Of a DNA stretch of 64,000 nt, positions 45,882 through 55,904 are shown piece by piece (position 1 is the stretch's first letter; the number at the start of each line of letters is the position of its first letter). The translations under genes were made by a program, and so were the position numbers. The stretch covers positions 273,661 to 337,660 of the forward strand of contig WRAS01000001.1 of the NCBI GenBank assembly GCA_009780065.1, in the 5' to 3' direction. The notes under the pieces are model-generated. The model was not told where the DNA came from. It did no database searches and saw only the letters and a list, made by a program, of their open reading frames with translations. The DNA is from Bacillota bacterium. GTDB taxonomy: Bacteria > Bacillota > Clostridia > Christensenellales > UBA1242.

Positions 45882-46202
45882 GTTGGTTAGGCGATTGCAC
45901 ACGAAAGTGTGAGGAAAGTCCGAGCACCATATGGCAGAGTGCAAGTTAACGGCTTGTTATGGCAACATAAAGGAAAGTGGAACAGAAAATTACCGCCCCC
46001 AAGGGCAAGGTTGAAAAGGCGAGGTAAGAGCTCACCGCGTCACAGGTGACTGTGGCGGCAATCCAAACCCCACTCGGTGCAAGGTTAGAGACCTGGGCTT
46101 AAACGTAGCCAGCGTGCCAGGTCCATACACCGCGCGAGTCTATTGGCGACAATAGACCAAGATAGATAATCGCCCTCGACAGAACTCGGCTTAACGACCA
46201 AC
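45882..46202 (+). ncRNA. rnpB: RNase P RNA (type A-like)
   Basis: GAGGAAAGTCCGAGC … ACAGAACTCGGCTTA; GGTAAGAGC and AAACCCC motifs; P1 GTTGGTT/GACCAAC; TATAAT upstream. Confidence 0.96.
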
Positions 46203-46208
46203 CGTATC

Positions 46209-46230
46209 AAAATCCCGTAAGGGATTTTTT
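46209..46230 (+). terminator. rnpB terminator
   Basis: AAAATCCC-gtaa-GGGATTTTTT. Confidence 0.85.
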
Positions 46231-46420
46231 ATGGTTAAGTATATTTTTCCTTAATTCGCACGAATAAAGTGAGTATCGACCAATACGTAGCACGCCCCGC
46301 AAGGGGCGTGTCGCGTATAATTATATATTCCATATGTCGACACGAGTTTGCCGAGTATCGGCCAACCGTAATAAAAAGCCACAAGGGTTTTTTTTGTGTC
46401 ATTAGGTCTATAATTCATGA

Positions 46421-48310
46421 ATGCAACTTGCAATTCTTTTTGGCGTATTTCTCGTGGTTGTCGCGCTATTTATGCATCACACACGGCGTGGGCGGTTTTC
46501 ACGCACGATCCCCTCAACGTGTCAACTTCGCACACATGATGCTATTGCACGTATCAAAATTCCAATTGAATTCCGTAATCAATCGCATTACGTCTTTAAA
46601 AAACTGATTCACGAAATAAAGATTTTCAATGCCATGCGCGTGGTTATGCCGCACACAGGGCGCAGTATCACAGAAAACCTAAAAATCCTAGGCAGGTTAC
46701 ATATAGACCCAAAGTGCAACATTCCCCTTGAGGATCCATACACACGCTTGTTTTATGCCTATTCGTCATTGACATTGCATCTGCGCGAAAAGGATTTTAT
46801 AAGGCGGAGGCAATTGCTTAAAAACTCGCTTCCAATATTTGTTAATCAGTTATTTATAAAACAAATAATTAAAATAAATAAAATAATTACCAAGCGATAT
46901 TATCCATGTCCGCAACCGCTTTACAAACTGTTGGGTGGTGAATTTTTGTCACGCCAGTCAGAGTCGAATTATGAAATCAAGGTTGGCGGTGCAAAGGAGA
47001 TTTTGAATACACAATTTTCTGATTCTTATATTTTGCAATATTATAAAGACATTCTTGTTAAAAGTTATGTTGACAAACATTTTCCTGTTAAATGTTTTGA
47101 ATTGAAAACAAATAAAAAAACAAAGTTTATTTGGAAAACCAATATGGATAAATTGGAACTTAACATGTCTCAAACCGCGGACATTTTTTATTATATATGT
47201 CACACATCCAAAAGAACGTTTGCGATTTATGTGCCGGATGTTAAAAAAATGTTCGGTACAAACATGACTTCGCGCAATCCGGATTTGGAAATTCACATAA
47301 CAATCGGAACCGATGCAAAGATATATGTTGTCAATGGTACGTCCAAAGCCGAAGTACAATCCATAATTCAAAAACTCACGCTGGCTGACTCACGTCTGGA
47401 TTATCTTTTAAACGATACCGAAATCAATGCAAACAAAAGAATTCAAAATATTATCACCAAAATGCATAACGCAAAGTCAATAACAGGTGAGGGGTTGAGG
47501 AAAAAATATTTGGCCACTACAAAAATTATTCCGACGCTTTATCTACCGACTTTGACATATGTCGTAGAGAGTCAAGAGGACTTTTTCGCTATTATAGATA
47601 ACTTCGATAATTATGAAAGATTAGCATCATTAAAGATTCAATTCAACATTATAATACTGTTCTCGTCTCAAAATCATGTCGTGCGCGAGATTATTGCTGC
47701 GTTCACAAATACGCGCGAGGTCTATGACCTTATTAATCTGGGAATCTTTATGTTCTTTGTGGACAAGATGACAACGCATACACATGTCGTTAACTTTTTA
47801 TCACATATGAATGCTGCACAAGAGGAATCAAAACGTTTCATAGGTTTGACCGCGCCAACCTCAAATCATAAAAAGATTATAGTGGCAACGGATGAAAAAA
47901 ATGGATCGCAAAATATTTTCGTTACCAGTTCGCTTAATAAATCCATGCCAACTAGTATCTTTATACCCATGGACATATCCAAATCGCACGAAAAATCATT
48001 TTTCGCACTTCCGTCTGTTATAAAAAAACAATCTGGCGGGATAAAAATTACTTCGCAGAAAACTGGACATTCTTATATTCTCCAATTACAAAAGGGTGTC
48101 AAAGTTTACACATCTTGCGGTCTGCCAATTGATACGCAAGAGTATCAGACGGATAAACTTATTTTTGTTATGGAAACGGTTCTGAAACCGTACGAGGAAA
48201 AAATCTTTGAAATTAAAAAATCAAAAGAAGACAGCAAAGAGGAAATTTCATGCAACAAGCACAAAATTTGCAAATCAGAAAAAAATAAATTGCAACACAA
48301 AGGTGCCTAG
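46421..48310 (+). CDS. Hypothetical protein with N-terminal TM
   Basis: 629-aa ORF; no motif recognised. Confidence 0.7.
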   Translation: MQLAILFGVFLVVVALFMHHTRRGRFSRTIPSTCQLRTHDAIARIKIPIEFRNQSHYVFKKLIHEIKIFNAMRVVMPHTGRSITENLKILGRLHIDPKCNIPLEDPYTRLFYAYSSLTLHLREKDFIRRRQLLKNSLPIFVNQLFIKQIIKINKIITKRYYPCPQPLYKLLGGEFLSRQSESNYEIKVGGAKEILNTQFSDSYILQYYKDILVKSYVDKHFPVKCFELKTNKKTKFIWKTNMDKLELNMSQTADIFYYICHTSKRTFAIYVPDVKKMFGTNMTSRNPDLEIHITIGTDAKIYVVNGTSKAEVQSIIQKLTLADSRLDYLLNDTEINANKRIQNIITKMHNAKSITGEGLRKKYLATTKIIPTLYLPTLTYVVESQEDFFAIIDNFDNYERLASLKIQFNIIILFSSQNHVVREIIAAFTNTREVYDLINLGIFMFFVDKMTTHTHVVNFLSHMNAAQEESKRFIGLTAPTSNHKKIIVATDEKNGSQNIFVTSSLNKSMPTSIFIPMDISKSHEKSFFALPSVIKKQSGGIKITSQKTGHSYILQLQKGVKVYTSCGLPIDTQEYQTDKLIFVMETVLKPYEEKIFEIKKSKEDSKEEISCNKHKICKSEKNKLQHKGA

Positions 48311-48350
48311 TGCTAAAGTATGTAAAGACTTATAAGGAGGATTTCAAAAA

Positions 48351-48899
48351 ATGAAAACAGAAAGCAGCAAAGGGGTTAAATTCGACCAATCACAGACAAA
48401 GAAAAATCTGGAAACTGGTTTCAGTGGCGAGAGCCAAGCCCGTAATAAATATACATACTTTGCAAAGGTTGCCCAAAAAGAAGGTTATCCAGCAATCGCA
48501 CGTGTGTTCGAGGAAACTGCAAACAACGAAAAAGAGCACGCAAAACTATGGTTCAAAACCTTAGGCGGTATTGGTGGTACATTGGAAAATCTGTTGGCTG
48601 CGGCGGCAGGTGAAAACTATGAATGGACGGATATGTACGCGGAATTTGCAAAAACCGCAAGGGAAGAGGGATTTGATGACCTTGCAAAGCAATTTGACTT
48701 GGTTGGCGGGGTGGAAAAAGAACACGAGGCACGTTATCTAAATCTTGCAAAAATGTTAAAGGACGGTACATTGTTCAGGCGTAACGTTATTACCCAGTGG
48801 GAATGCCTTAACTGTGGTCACCATGCAAAAGAAAAGGAAGCACCTCAATTGTGCCCAACATGCTTTCACCCACAAGGTTTTTTCACAGAAATTAAATAA
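48351..48899 (+). CDS. rbr: Rubrerythrin
   Basis: GESQARNKY…EKEHA…[10 protein letters not shown]…EKEHEARY plus C-terminal CLNCG…CPTC.HP. Confidence 0.96.
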   Translation: MKTESSKGVKFDQSQTKKNLETGFSGESQARNKYTYFAKVAQKEGYPAIARVFEETANNEKEHAKLWFKTLGGIGGTLENLLAAAAGENYEWTDMYAEFAKTAREEGFDDLAKQFDLVGGVEKEHEARYLNLAKMLKDGTLFRRNVITQWECLNCGHHAKEKEAPQLCPTCFHPQGFFTEIK

Positions 48900-49012
48900 C
48901 CAAAGTTTGTTATAAAACTTATTACAATGTGTTTTTTAGGGTTCAGGTCAAACTAAAATTAAATATTTTGGCTTGACTTGACTTGTTGTATGTGTTATTA
49001 TACATGTGCTAC

Positions 49013-49089
49013 AGGGCTGTAGCTCAGTTGGTTAGAGCACCGCTCTGATAAGGCGGTGGTCGGTGGTTCAAGTCCACTCAGCCCTACCA
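49013..49089 (+). tRNA. tRNA-Ile(GAT)
   Basis: AGGGCTGTAGCTCAGTTGGTTAGAGCACCGCTCTGATAAGGCGG…CAGCCCTACCA. Confidence 0.96.
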
Positions 49090-49124
49090 CCTTTACCAAA
49101 AATGGTAAAGTACACAATTCGCCT

Positions 49125-49200
49125 GGGGTCTTAGCTCATCTGGTAGAGCGACTGCCTTGCACGCAGTAGGCGAGCGGTTCAAGTCCGCTAGACTCCACCA
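49125..49200 (+). tRNA. tRNA-Ala(TGC)
   Basis: GGGGTCTTAGCTCA…CTGCCTTGCACGCAG…AGACTCCACCA. Confidence 0.96.
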
Positions 49201-49273
49201 TCGTCGTCAAAGTTCGAACCATGTTATCATCTTTGTTAATGGCATGGTCGGCTTTAGACGAATTAGAAAACAG

Positions 49274-49301
49274 AAAGCCGTGTCATTGTGATACGGCTTT
49301 T
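49274..49301. terminator. Bidirectional terminator
   Basis: AAAGCCGTGTCA-ttg-TGATACGGCTTTT. Confidence 0.75.
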
Positions 49302-49321
49302 GGTTGTCCTATATATTTTTA

Positions 49322-50152
49322 TCAGTTTGTTATAGGCTTGTATTTTTCTATTAACTTGTGGAACTTTTCTGTATATCTTTTTATCTTCTCGGCATCTTTT
49401 TGGGGGTCTAACATATTGGGTGTTCCTTTGCCACTAATCATAATATACTTTTTGCCATCACCAGTCCATTCATGATATGTCACAAGTGACCCACCGGAGA
49501 CTTGTGGGTTCTGTGCAATAATTTGAGCATGCTCGTCCATAGTATGGAATTTAAAGCCAAAGTCAAGATGTTTTAAATTTGGCATAGTACGATATATTGA
49601 AATATCATAATTTTCTATTTTTTTACCGCTGAACTCAAAACTCTCAATACCTAAATTACGAATTGGCTCAATATCAACAAGACTACTTGACGACCAAACC
49701 ATATCACCAAAAGCAAGATGTTTTAAGTTCGGTGCAGTTTGAACACCATTAAGTGAATTTAGTCGTGTGAAGTCGTAAAGTGCCATCCCCATAAGATTTT
49801 TGTTCTTTGACATATCCCAAAGTTTTGTAATGTGTTGATTATGATAAAAGTTTACAAACTCAATGTTGGGCAAAGTTCCCAGAAGTGATAAATCTTGAAC
49901 AGACTTATTTTTGAAAAACTCAACATTTTTTAACTTATGTCCATAGGTTTTAATAAAGTATTCAAACGTATTTTGATTAAGTCCCATTATTTGAACGAAA
50001 TCGGTGTTTTGGTATTCTGTTATTTTGTCGATATCTTGTGTTGTAATTTTACCACCACCAATATCGGCGCTTTCATTATACAAACGAACAACTTTATTTT
50101 CTGTGTCTTCGGAAACAAATTTCATTAAGTTAGAAAACTCTTGATAGGTCAT
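49322..50152 (-). CDS. Cytoplasmic LRR-like hypothetical protein
   Basis: LxxLPNxExV / LxxAPNLKHL / MPNLKHL repeats; no signal peptide. Confidence 0.65.
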   Translation of the reverse strand: MTYQEFSNLMKFVSEDTENKVVRLYNESADIGGGKITTQDIDKITEYQNTDFVQIMGLNQNTFEYFIKTYGHKLKNVEFFKNKSVQDLSLLGTLPNIEFVNFYHNQHITKLWDMSKNKNLMGMALYDFTRLNSLNGVQTAPNLKHLAFGDMVWSSSSLVDIEPIRNLGIESFEFSGKKIENYDISIYRTMPNLKHLDFGFKFHTMDEHAQIIAQNPQVSGGSLVTYHEWTGDGKKYIMISGKGTPNMLDPQKDAEKIKRYTEKFHKLIEKYKPITN

Positions 50153-50333
50153 ACTACATTATATCGATTTTTGTAACATCTAGCAATTCCATTTTAGTTT
50201 TAGATATATCTTAAGTCAATGCGAATCATGTGCAAATGGCGGTTCGATTCTTGTCCCCAATAGTCCACCACTATAGACTAAGTCGAACTCGATAAGTTCG
50301 ACTTTTTTCGTTTTACACAGATGGTGAATGAAT

Positions 50334-50840
50334 TCACTTCTTCTTGCTAACATATTCAACAGATTTTTTCAATAATTCCATCACCATTTCTTTATTCGTC
50401 CAACTTTGGCCGATGAGAATTGCCCACCAGTATGGACCCTTTGGAAACTTGGCGCGGTCAATCCTGTGAGATTTTGAGATGGTGGCGGCATACTCATCAG
50501 TAATCCACACGATGAGCAGAACCCCAGCGTCCGTTCCGTATGCGAGCGCAAAGGTCTTATTCTTCCAGCGCAGCGAGTGCGGCATTTGTGGATCATCAGT
50601 TCTTTCTTTGATCGTGATGTCAATATCGCCCATGGTACGGGCCCAGTCCACTATATTTTGGCGTGTGATGGTAGACAGCGCCATGCCATTTAAGGAGAGA
50701 TCCGTTATGTACTCGCGAACATATTCACGGCTTTGGCGATTTTCGCCAGCTTTGATAAACACACCAAAGACGAGCCATGTCAGCACGAACGCGCCTGCAA
50801 ATGCACCGATTGCGATTAGAATATAGACAAATATCTCCAC
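50334..50840 (-). CDS. Membrane-anchored protein with MmcQ/YjbR-like domain
   Basis: N-terminal TM; 'KNKTFAL…A.FPKGPYWW…ELLKKSVEYV'; GTG start with GGAGGGG RBS. Confidence 0.55.
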   Translation of the reverse strand: MEIFVYILIAIGAFAGAFVLTWLVFGVFIKAGENRQSREYVREYITDLSLNGMALSTITRQNIVDWARTMGDIDITIKERTDDPQMPHSLRWKNKTFALAYGTDAGVLLIVWITDEYAATISKSHRIDRAKFPKGPYWWAILIGQSWTNKEMVMELLKKSVEYVSKKK

Positions 50841-53800
50841 TAACCCCTCCTTCTATTCCGTTCAATCAACACAAACAACAATCCCGCAAGCAGCCCGATT
50901 GCCCCGCCCGCCACTGCAGCAATATGCCAAAAACTTAAATCCATGCCGTTGTCATCCGGGATGAACGGTGCAGGGCGGGTTAAGTGAAATACGTCGCCAA
51001 GAGAGAGGTATGATTCATTGTTTGTTGGCGGGTTGCCTAATGCACGAACTGAAAATATGTGGGTGCCGATTGCGAGACGTTCATCGTTTGGCGTGAATAT
51101 AGTGATGCTCTGTCCGACAGTAGCGATGCGAACCCCGTTGAGATAAATTGCATAGCCTGATGACCCTGTGACACCTATCCACGTTAACTCATTCGCATTA
51201 GTGTCATAACTAACATTGATTGGTGCAGTAAGACGGTTAGGCAAGGTTGGCTCCGGTTCAGGCTCGTTCGGTAATTGTCCAGGCGGGTTGGTGTTGTTAC
51301 CGATTTGGTGGACTAGGATATTGGAAACTGCAAGCATATTTTCGTTTGTGCCTAGAGCCTGGATTTGTATAGTGTAGTTCGCACTCATGAAATGTGCGAT
51401 TGACAGACCGTTAATTCGTGCTGGAACAATTAACCACTCGACAAGTACTTCATCAATTTTGATAAGTATTTTATACTCATATGCGCCTGGGTAAGTGTCC
51501 CAGTTTAGAAAATGTGTTCCCGATACGCGAACAACAAATTCATTATTAATTGGCAACTCTATCTCAACGTAATGCGAAACCTCGCCGGGATTGGAGTCAT
51601 TCCACCATTGGCTCGTGCTTGTCGCAATAATTTCAATATCGTTGTTACCTACACCCAGCCAAGTTGCAAGAGCAGTCAAATTCACCGCAGTTATCGTGGT
51701 CGTCATGCGATATGTTCCGTTGACATAAATTCGATACCCTGTTGCGTTTGAAACGGTGTTCCACAAAATTGTGTCTGCTGCGATGATTGCGTTTGGCGTG
51801 CCAAGTTGCTGTGGGTTGATAATTTCAACGTCATCATCTGGCGGCTCGGTTGGCAGGTCTGGTAGCGGAGTTGAACCTGTCGTATTCTCGTTTTCATCAT
51901 CAACAATAAACATTGCCCCATAACTTTGGTAACTGTGCCGCGCAGTCACATTGTCACCAACGGCACGAACTTGGACAATGAAACAGCCTTGTGGGATTTG
52001 ATAGTTGGCAAGGTTGACAAAGTTGTAGCCTGGATGTACCAAGAGTACCGCCATGCCGTTGATATAAATTCTGTATCCGACCGAGTTAGAGACATGTGAC
52101 CACCCAAACACAAGGTCGGTTAAAGTAACTGGGTTAGGTGTTGCCAGTTGCGGCAAGTTCATGTTCGGTGGCTCTAGAGGCGGCAAACCGGTTGGCGGCG
52201 GGTCTTGTGCTCCTTGCCCGTGAGATTGCCATACGGCAAATAACTCTAAATCATCACCAACCATAAATGCCGTTGGATTGGAGATAAGCGTTCCCCCAAC
52301 AGTGGTCGAGAAACCCATCAACTGAAACCAAAAACCATTAGACTGTATCGGAATCAATGGATCCAGACCCGAAAGAGTGAACAAGTTTTGCACTCCGGCA
52401 CTTGCGAACCCTTGTGTAAGTGCTGTGGACATCCCCACATTAAAATTCGTGTTAAAGTGAATTGTCAAATGAATCGGCCGCCATACGGCAAACAAAGTTA
52501 CTGGCACAGTATTTCCGGTTGCAAGTGAAGGCACGCGAAGCGTTGCCGTAGGTGCATATTCTACGATACCAGCTTGCGCCTGTGCAAAGTTTGTGTTCCA
52601 TCCCACAAAAGTGTTGTATTCATAATTCTGAGGCAGGAAGTCGCCAAGATTAATCTCCATTTGTGCATAACTAAACTGCATTTGCGGCGACGGGGACTTA
52701 TCAAGAGTTGACAATGAAAAGTCTAGTTGCAACCATGTGTCCGTCAATCTGCGCCACACCGCCCAAATTTCCGTGCTAGCATGCAACAGCGGCTGGTCAA
52801 ATGTCGCACTTAACGGCCAAATAGGATTGTCTGATGCATCTGTGTGAATCAAACCGATTCGTGCGTTGTATTCACTGATAGCCCAGCCGACATGCACAGC
52901 ATCCGCTGTTGCGGGTAATTGTGCGAAGGCGAATGGCAGTTGGTTTCCCGTTCCGTTCGAATTTGTAACATACACACCGGGTCGCTTAAAATACCGAGTC
53001 ACGGTTGGCCGTGTTACCAACATTCCATCACCACCGTGTATCGTCAAGGTCTGGGTAGGGTTGAATTGGTAAACGGCGAAAAGTGATAATGGGACATTTG
53101 TATAAGTATTTGTAATTGCAATGCTTCCGCTGACATGAAAATCAACCACACCTTGGCTGGCATTTGCGCTTGATGATGTGAAACCTATAAATTCGATTCC
53201 ACGGGTTGCCATCTCGGCAATCATTTCCTGTGTAAATATTTCATTAAACAAATCATTCACCATAATGTTGCCAACCTCGCGGAATTCGCGGATGGTGTCG
53301 ACACCTGTGTGCAGGTTAAACAAAACACTCGCGGGCCTTATTGTGAGATTGTATTGTGCGAAGTCGAATGTCGGACGCAATGGATTATCCAGCGCAGGAA
53401 CCCAATGTGCCCAATCGTCGCGGTTTGTTCCTGCAAGATTAATAGACTCATTGCGTACTTGATTCATTCGGTGTAATATTGTCACACCTTCATAATTTCC
53501 ATTTGTAATAGTATAATTATTGTCAAAAAATAGGTTGTCGGAAGCAACACTTACGTGCGTCTCCGGATTACCTACCGACAATGTTGTTTGGGAACTTTGC
53601 AAAGAAAGAGTGTTCATAGTTCTCCCTGATGTTGCGCCGTTTCCGATAATCTGACCAAGTTGTGCATGTGTCAATGAACCACCAAGGCGTATTTCACCCA
53701 TGTTGTAAAGGTTGCTATACAGTGTATTGCTGTTGATGTTATTCATCGAGGAGCCAAGTATTCCTCCAACACCCCTTGCTATGGCAATTTGACCTGTGTT

Positions 53801-54907
53801 AAGGTCCGCCACTGTGACATCACCTATATTATAACTGTTGACAATGACAATCGACCGACCAGCCACCGCACCAGAACCTTGACCGATAAGACCGCCCGCA
53901 GTTGTTACAGAACCAACGTTAATATTTCCATAGTTTGCAAGATTAATGAATGTTGGATTATTAATGCCATCTGCTAATCCTATTACGCCACCAAGATGAG
54001 CTTGAAGTTCTCCCGGTATGTTAACTCCGTAGATGTTCGCCCTGTTTACAAGGTTTATACCATTTGCACCGGTTGAAGCACCCATGACAGCACCAAAACT
54101 ATTATGGTCTTCTCCGAATATATGTGTTGATAGATTTACGCTACCTGATATTGTGATGTTTTTGAAAAGAGCACCTATGCCATAGCCCGCCAGCATGCCA
54201 ATATAATGAGTAGATTGAGAAGCAGAAGTTCTTAATGCATTAATATTGCCATGCACGTTTAAATTGTTAATAACTCCCGTAACTGTACCGAATAGACCAA
54301 AAGAATGGCTTTGGTTCGGCATACTTTCTGAACGCAAAGTGCTTGGCAGTGACACTGTAAAAAAACTTCCATCGAAAATCCCATCAAATGCATGAGCCAG
54401 TCCTGACCATCCACCACCAATTGCCACCCACTCTCGCGCCGTCAAATCAATATTATTTGTCAACTTAAAGTGCGTGTTTGTAAAAGCGTGTCCATCTATT
54501 GCAGTCGTAACATTCAACCGCCCGCCATTCACAAGGAATGCAAGCCGAGCCATCTCACCCGCATTTCCAATCGCAATAGGGTTTGCTTCCGTTCCAACGG
54601 TTGGGTTTCGTTCATCACCACCATTAATACCGTGCCAACCGCCAACAGTCATTACAACCGGTCCTGGCCATTCCGTGTCTGTCCAATCGGGTGCAGAACC
54701 CCACGGCGCAAAACGAATGTCGTTTGAAACCCAAATACCTGTGTCAATGTTGCCAGGCAACAATGGCCCGGATGCTTCATTTGTCAATGGTTGCCAACTT
54801 GTAAACCCAATACCCGCTATCAACATCAAGCACAAACACCCAGCCATCATCAAAGAGAGCGCCCTACCAGGACGCCACCAGTTTATAACTCGGTTAACGT
54901 TTTTCAC
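50840..54907 (-). CDS. Large surface protein: GLUG-type repeats, InlB-B repeats, FN3-like repeats, C-terminal TM
   Basis: GT..NPI.I…FKLTNNIDL…FDG.FDG; F.GW…LFAVW repeats; L.TP…W..V.NA.GY.IY.NG repeats; TM plus RRR. Confidence 0.85.
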   Translation of the reverse strand: MKNVNRVINWWRPGRALSLMMAGCLCLMLIAGIGFTSWQPLTNEASGPLLPGNIDTGIWVSNDIRFAPWGSAPDWTDTEWPGPVVMTVGGWHGINGGDERNPTVGTEANPIAIGNAGEMARLAFLVNGGRLNVTTAIDGHAFTNTHFKLTNNIDLTAREWVAIGGGWSGLAHAFDGIFDGSFFTVSLPSTLRSESMPNQSHSFGLFGTVTGVINNLNVHGNINALRTSASQSTHYIGMLAGYGIGALFKNITISGSVNLSTHIFGEDHNSFGAVMGASTGANGINLVNRANIYGVNIPGELQAHLGGVIGLADGINNPTFINLANYGNINVGSVTTAGGLIGQGSGAVAGRSIVIVNSYNIGDVTVADLNTGQIAIARGVGGILGSSMNNINSNTLYSNLYNMGEIRLGGSLTHAQLGQIIGNGATSGRTMNTLSLQSSQTTLSVGNPETHVSVASDNLFFDNNYTITNGNYEGVTILHRMNQVRNESINLAGTNRDDWAHWVPALDNPLRPTFDFAQYNLTIRPASVLFNLHTGVDTIREFREVGNIMVNDLFNEIFTQEMIAEMATRGIEFIGFTSSSANASQGVVDFHVSGSIAITNTYTNVPLSLFAVYQFNPTQTLTIHGGDGMLVTRPTVTRYFKRPGVYVTNSNGTGNQLPFAFAQLPATADAVHVGWAISEYNARIGLIHTDASDNPIWPLSATFDQPLLHASTEIWAVWRRLTDTWLQLDFSLSTLDKSPSPQMQFSYAQMEINLGDFLPQNYEYNTFVGWNTNFAQAQAGIVEYAPTATLRVPSLATGNTVPVTLFAVWRPIHLTIHFNTNFNVGMSTALTQGFASAGVQNLFTLSGLDPLIPIQSNGFWFQLMGFSTTVGGTLISNPTAFMVGDDLELFAVWQSHGQGAQDPPPTGLPPLEPPNMNLPQLATPNPVTLTDLVFGWSHVSNSVGYRIYINGMAVLLVHPGYNFVNLANYQIPQGCFIVQVRAVGDNVTARHSYQSYGAMFIVDDENENTTGSTPLPDLPTEPPDDDVEIINPQQLGTPNAIIAADTILWNTVSNATGYRIYVNGTYRMTTTITAVNLTALATWLGVGNNDIEIIATSTSQWWNDSNPGEVSHYVEIELPINNEFVVRVSGTHFLNWDTYPGAYEYKILIKIDEVLVEWLIVPARINGLSIAHFMSANYTIQIQALGTNENMLAVSNILVHQIGNNTNPPGQLPNEPEPEPTLPNRLTAPINVSYDTNANELTWIGVTGSSGYAIYLNGVRIATVGQSITIFTPNDERLAIGTHIFSVRALGNPPTNNESYLSLGDVFHLTRPAPFIPDDNGMDLSFWHIAAVAGGAIGLLAGLLFVLIERNRRRG

Positions 54908-55094
54908 GCTGTTATTATATGGTTTCGGGATGGAATTATTCAGGTGGCTGTGAACAGAGTTAAGACCGCTACATTATGTTCGAACCAATATTTCTAGTAA
55001 TGTGGTCGGCGTTGTATAAAAGAGAAAAATAGTGTCATGCTGGCACTATTTTAAAAAGCCTGTATTTTGATTCATGTTGCTGCTATAATTAAGA

Positions 55095-55361
55095 ATGCTG
55101 CTAGTGATACAATACATAGGTTTATTTTTACTCATATTAACCATTTTTCCAATAGTTCTTTTGGTGCAACTTATTTGGTTCCCAGGCGTAATAATTCTCA
55201 GGATTTGCAGAGCAAAAATTAAAATTTTCAATGTAAAATTTAATTCCTCACCAAAGATTTTTGACCCTCTGTGGGGATTATGGGCATTCGCAATTATGGG
55301 CATATACTTTATACAATGCCAGAGATATAAGAAGACCATCGACAAAAGTGAGGTAATTTAA
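55095..55361 (+). CDS. Small membrane protein
   Basis: Two hydrophobic segments; TATAAT 5 nt before the ATG. Confidence 0.5.
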   Translation: MLLVIQYIGLFLLILTIFPIVLLVQLIWFPGVIILRICRAKIKIFNVKFNSSPKIFDPLWGLWAFAIMGIYFIQCQRYKKTIDKSEVI

Positions 55362-55904
55362 ATGGAACAACAATTTCGCGAAAGATTTAGCAGTAAGATG
55401 ATTTCTTATCATTTTTCATGTGTAGACAGCAGGATAGAAGCACGTATGAGATTAAAGTTAGTTTTATCCGTAGTTTTGGGTTTCTCGGTTGCGCCAATTG
55501 TCATAATTACCTTTTTATCTTTTCGCATTCAACCGACTGGATGGTTTCTTGCAATTCCTATTGGATTGGGTTCTTTATTTTTAATAATTGGATTATTGGT
55601 GATAAAAGAATCTCGAGCACGCTTGGTAATTGATTATTATGGTTTAACTACAACTGGTGTTATTTACCCAAAACCAACCCAAATATCGTGGCACGAGATA
55701 ACCAAATTCCAATCATCAATTCTGTCCGAATCAGAGCAGCAAAGAATGTTTATTTACACTACTGGTGCAAACGGGGAAAACAAGAGACGTATCTTTTTTG
55801 AAATTCATCCCGAGATCATTGAAATAATCCGTCGTCACATAGCAAACAGGTCTGATTTGATGGAACAACTTGATAAAGAATTATATAAAACCATCTCTGT
55901 CTAA
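55362..55904 (+). CDS. 2-TM membrane protein with bacterial PH-like C-terminus
   Basis: GAGG RBS; 'LVIDYYGL…ISWHEI' after two TMs. Confidence 0.65.
   Translation: MEQQFRERFSSKMISYHFSCVDSRIEARMRLKLVLSVVLGFSVAPIVIITFLSFRIQPTGWFLAIPIGLGSLFLIIGLLVIKESRARLVIDYYGLTTTGVIYPKPTQISWHEITKFQSSILSESEQQRMFIYTTGANGENKRRIFFEIHPEIIEIIRRHIANRSDLMEQLDKELYKTISV

Noticed and set aside
46251-46607. ORFs 46251..46433 and 46269..46607
   Set aside because: Overlap a structured spacer and the 46421 gene; no coding signals
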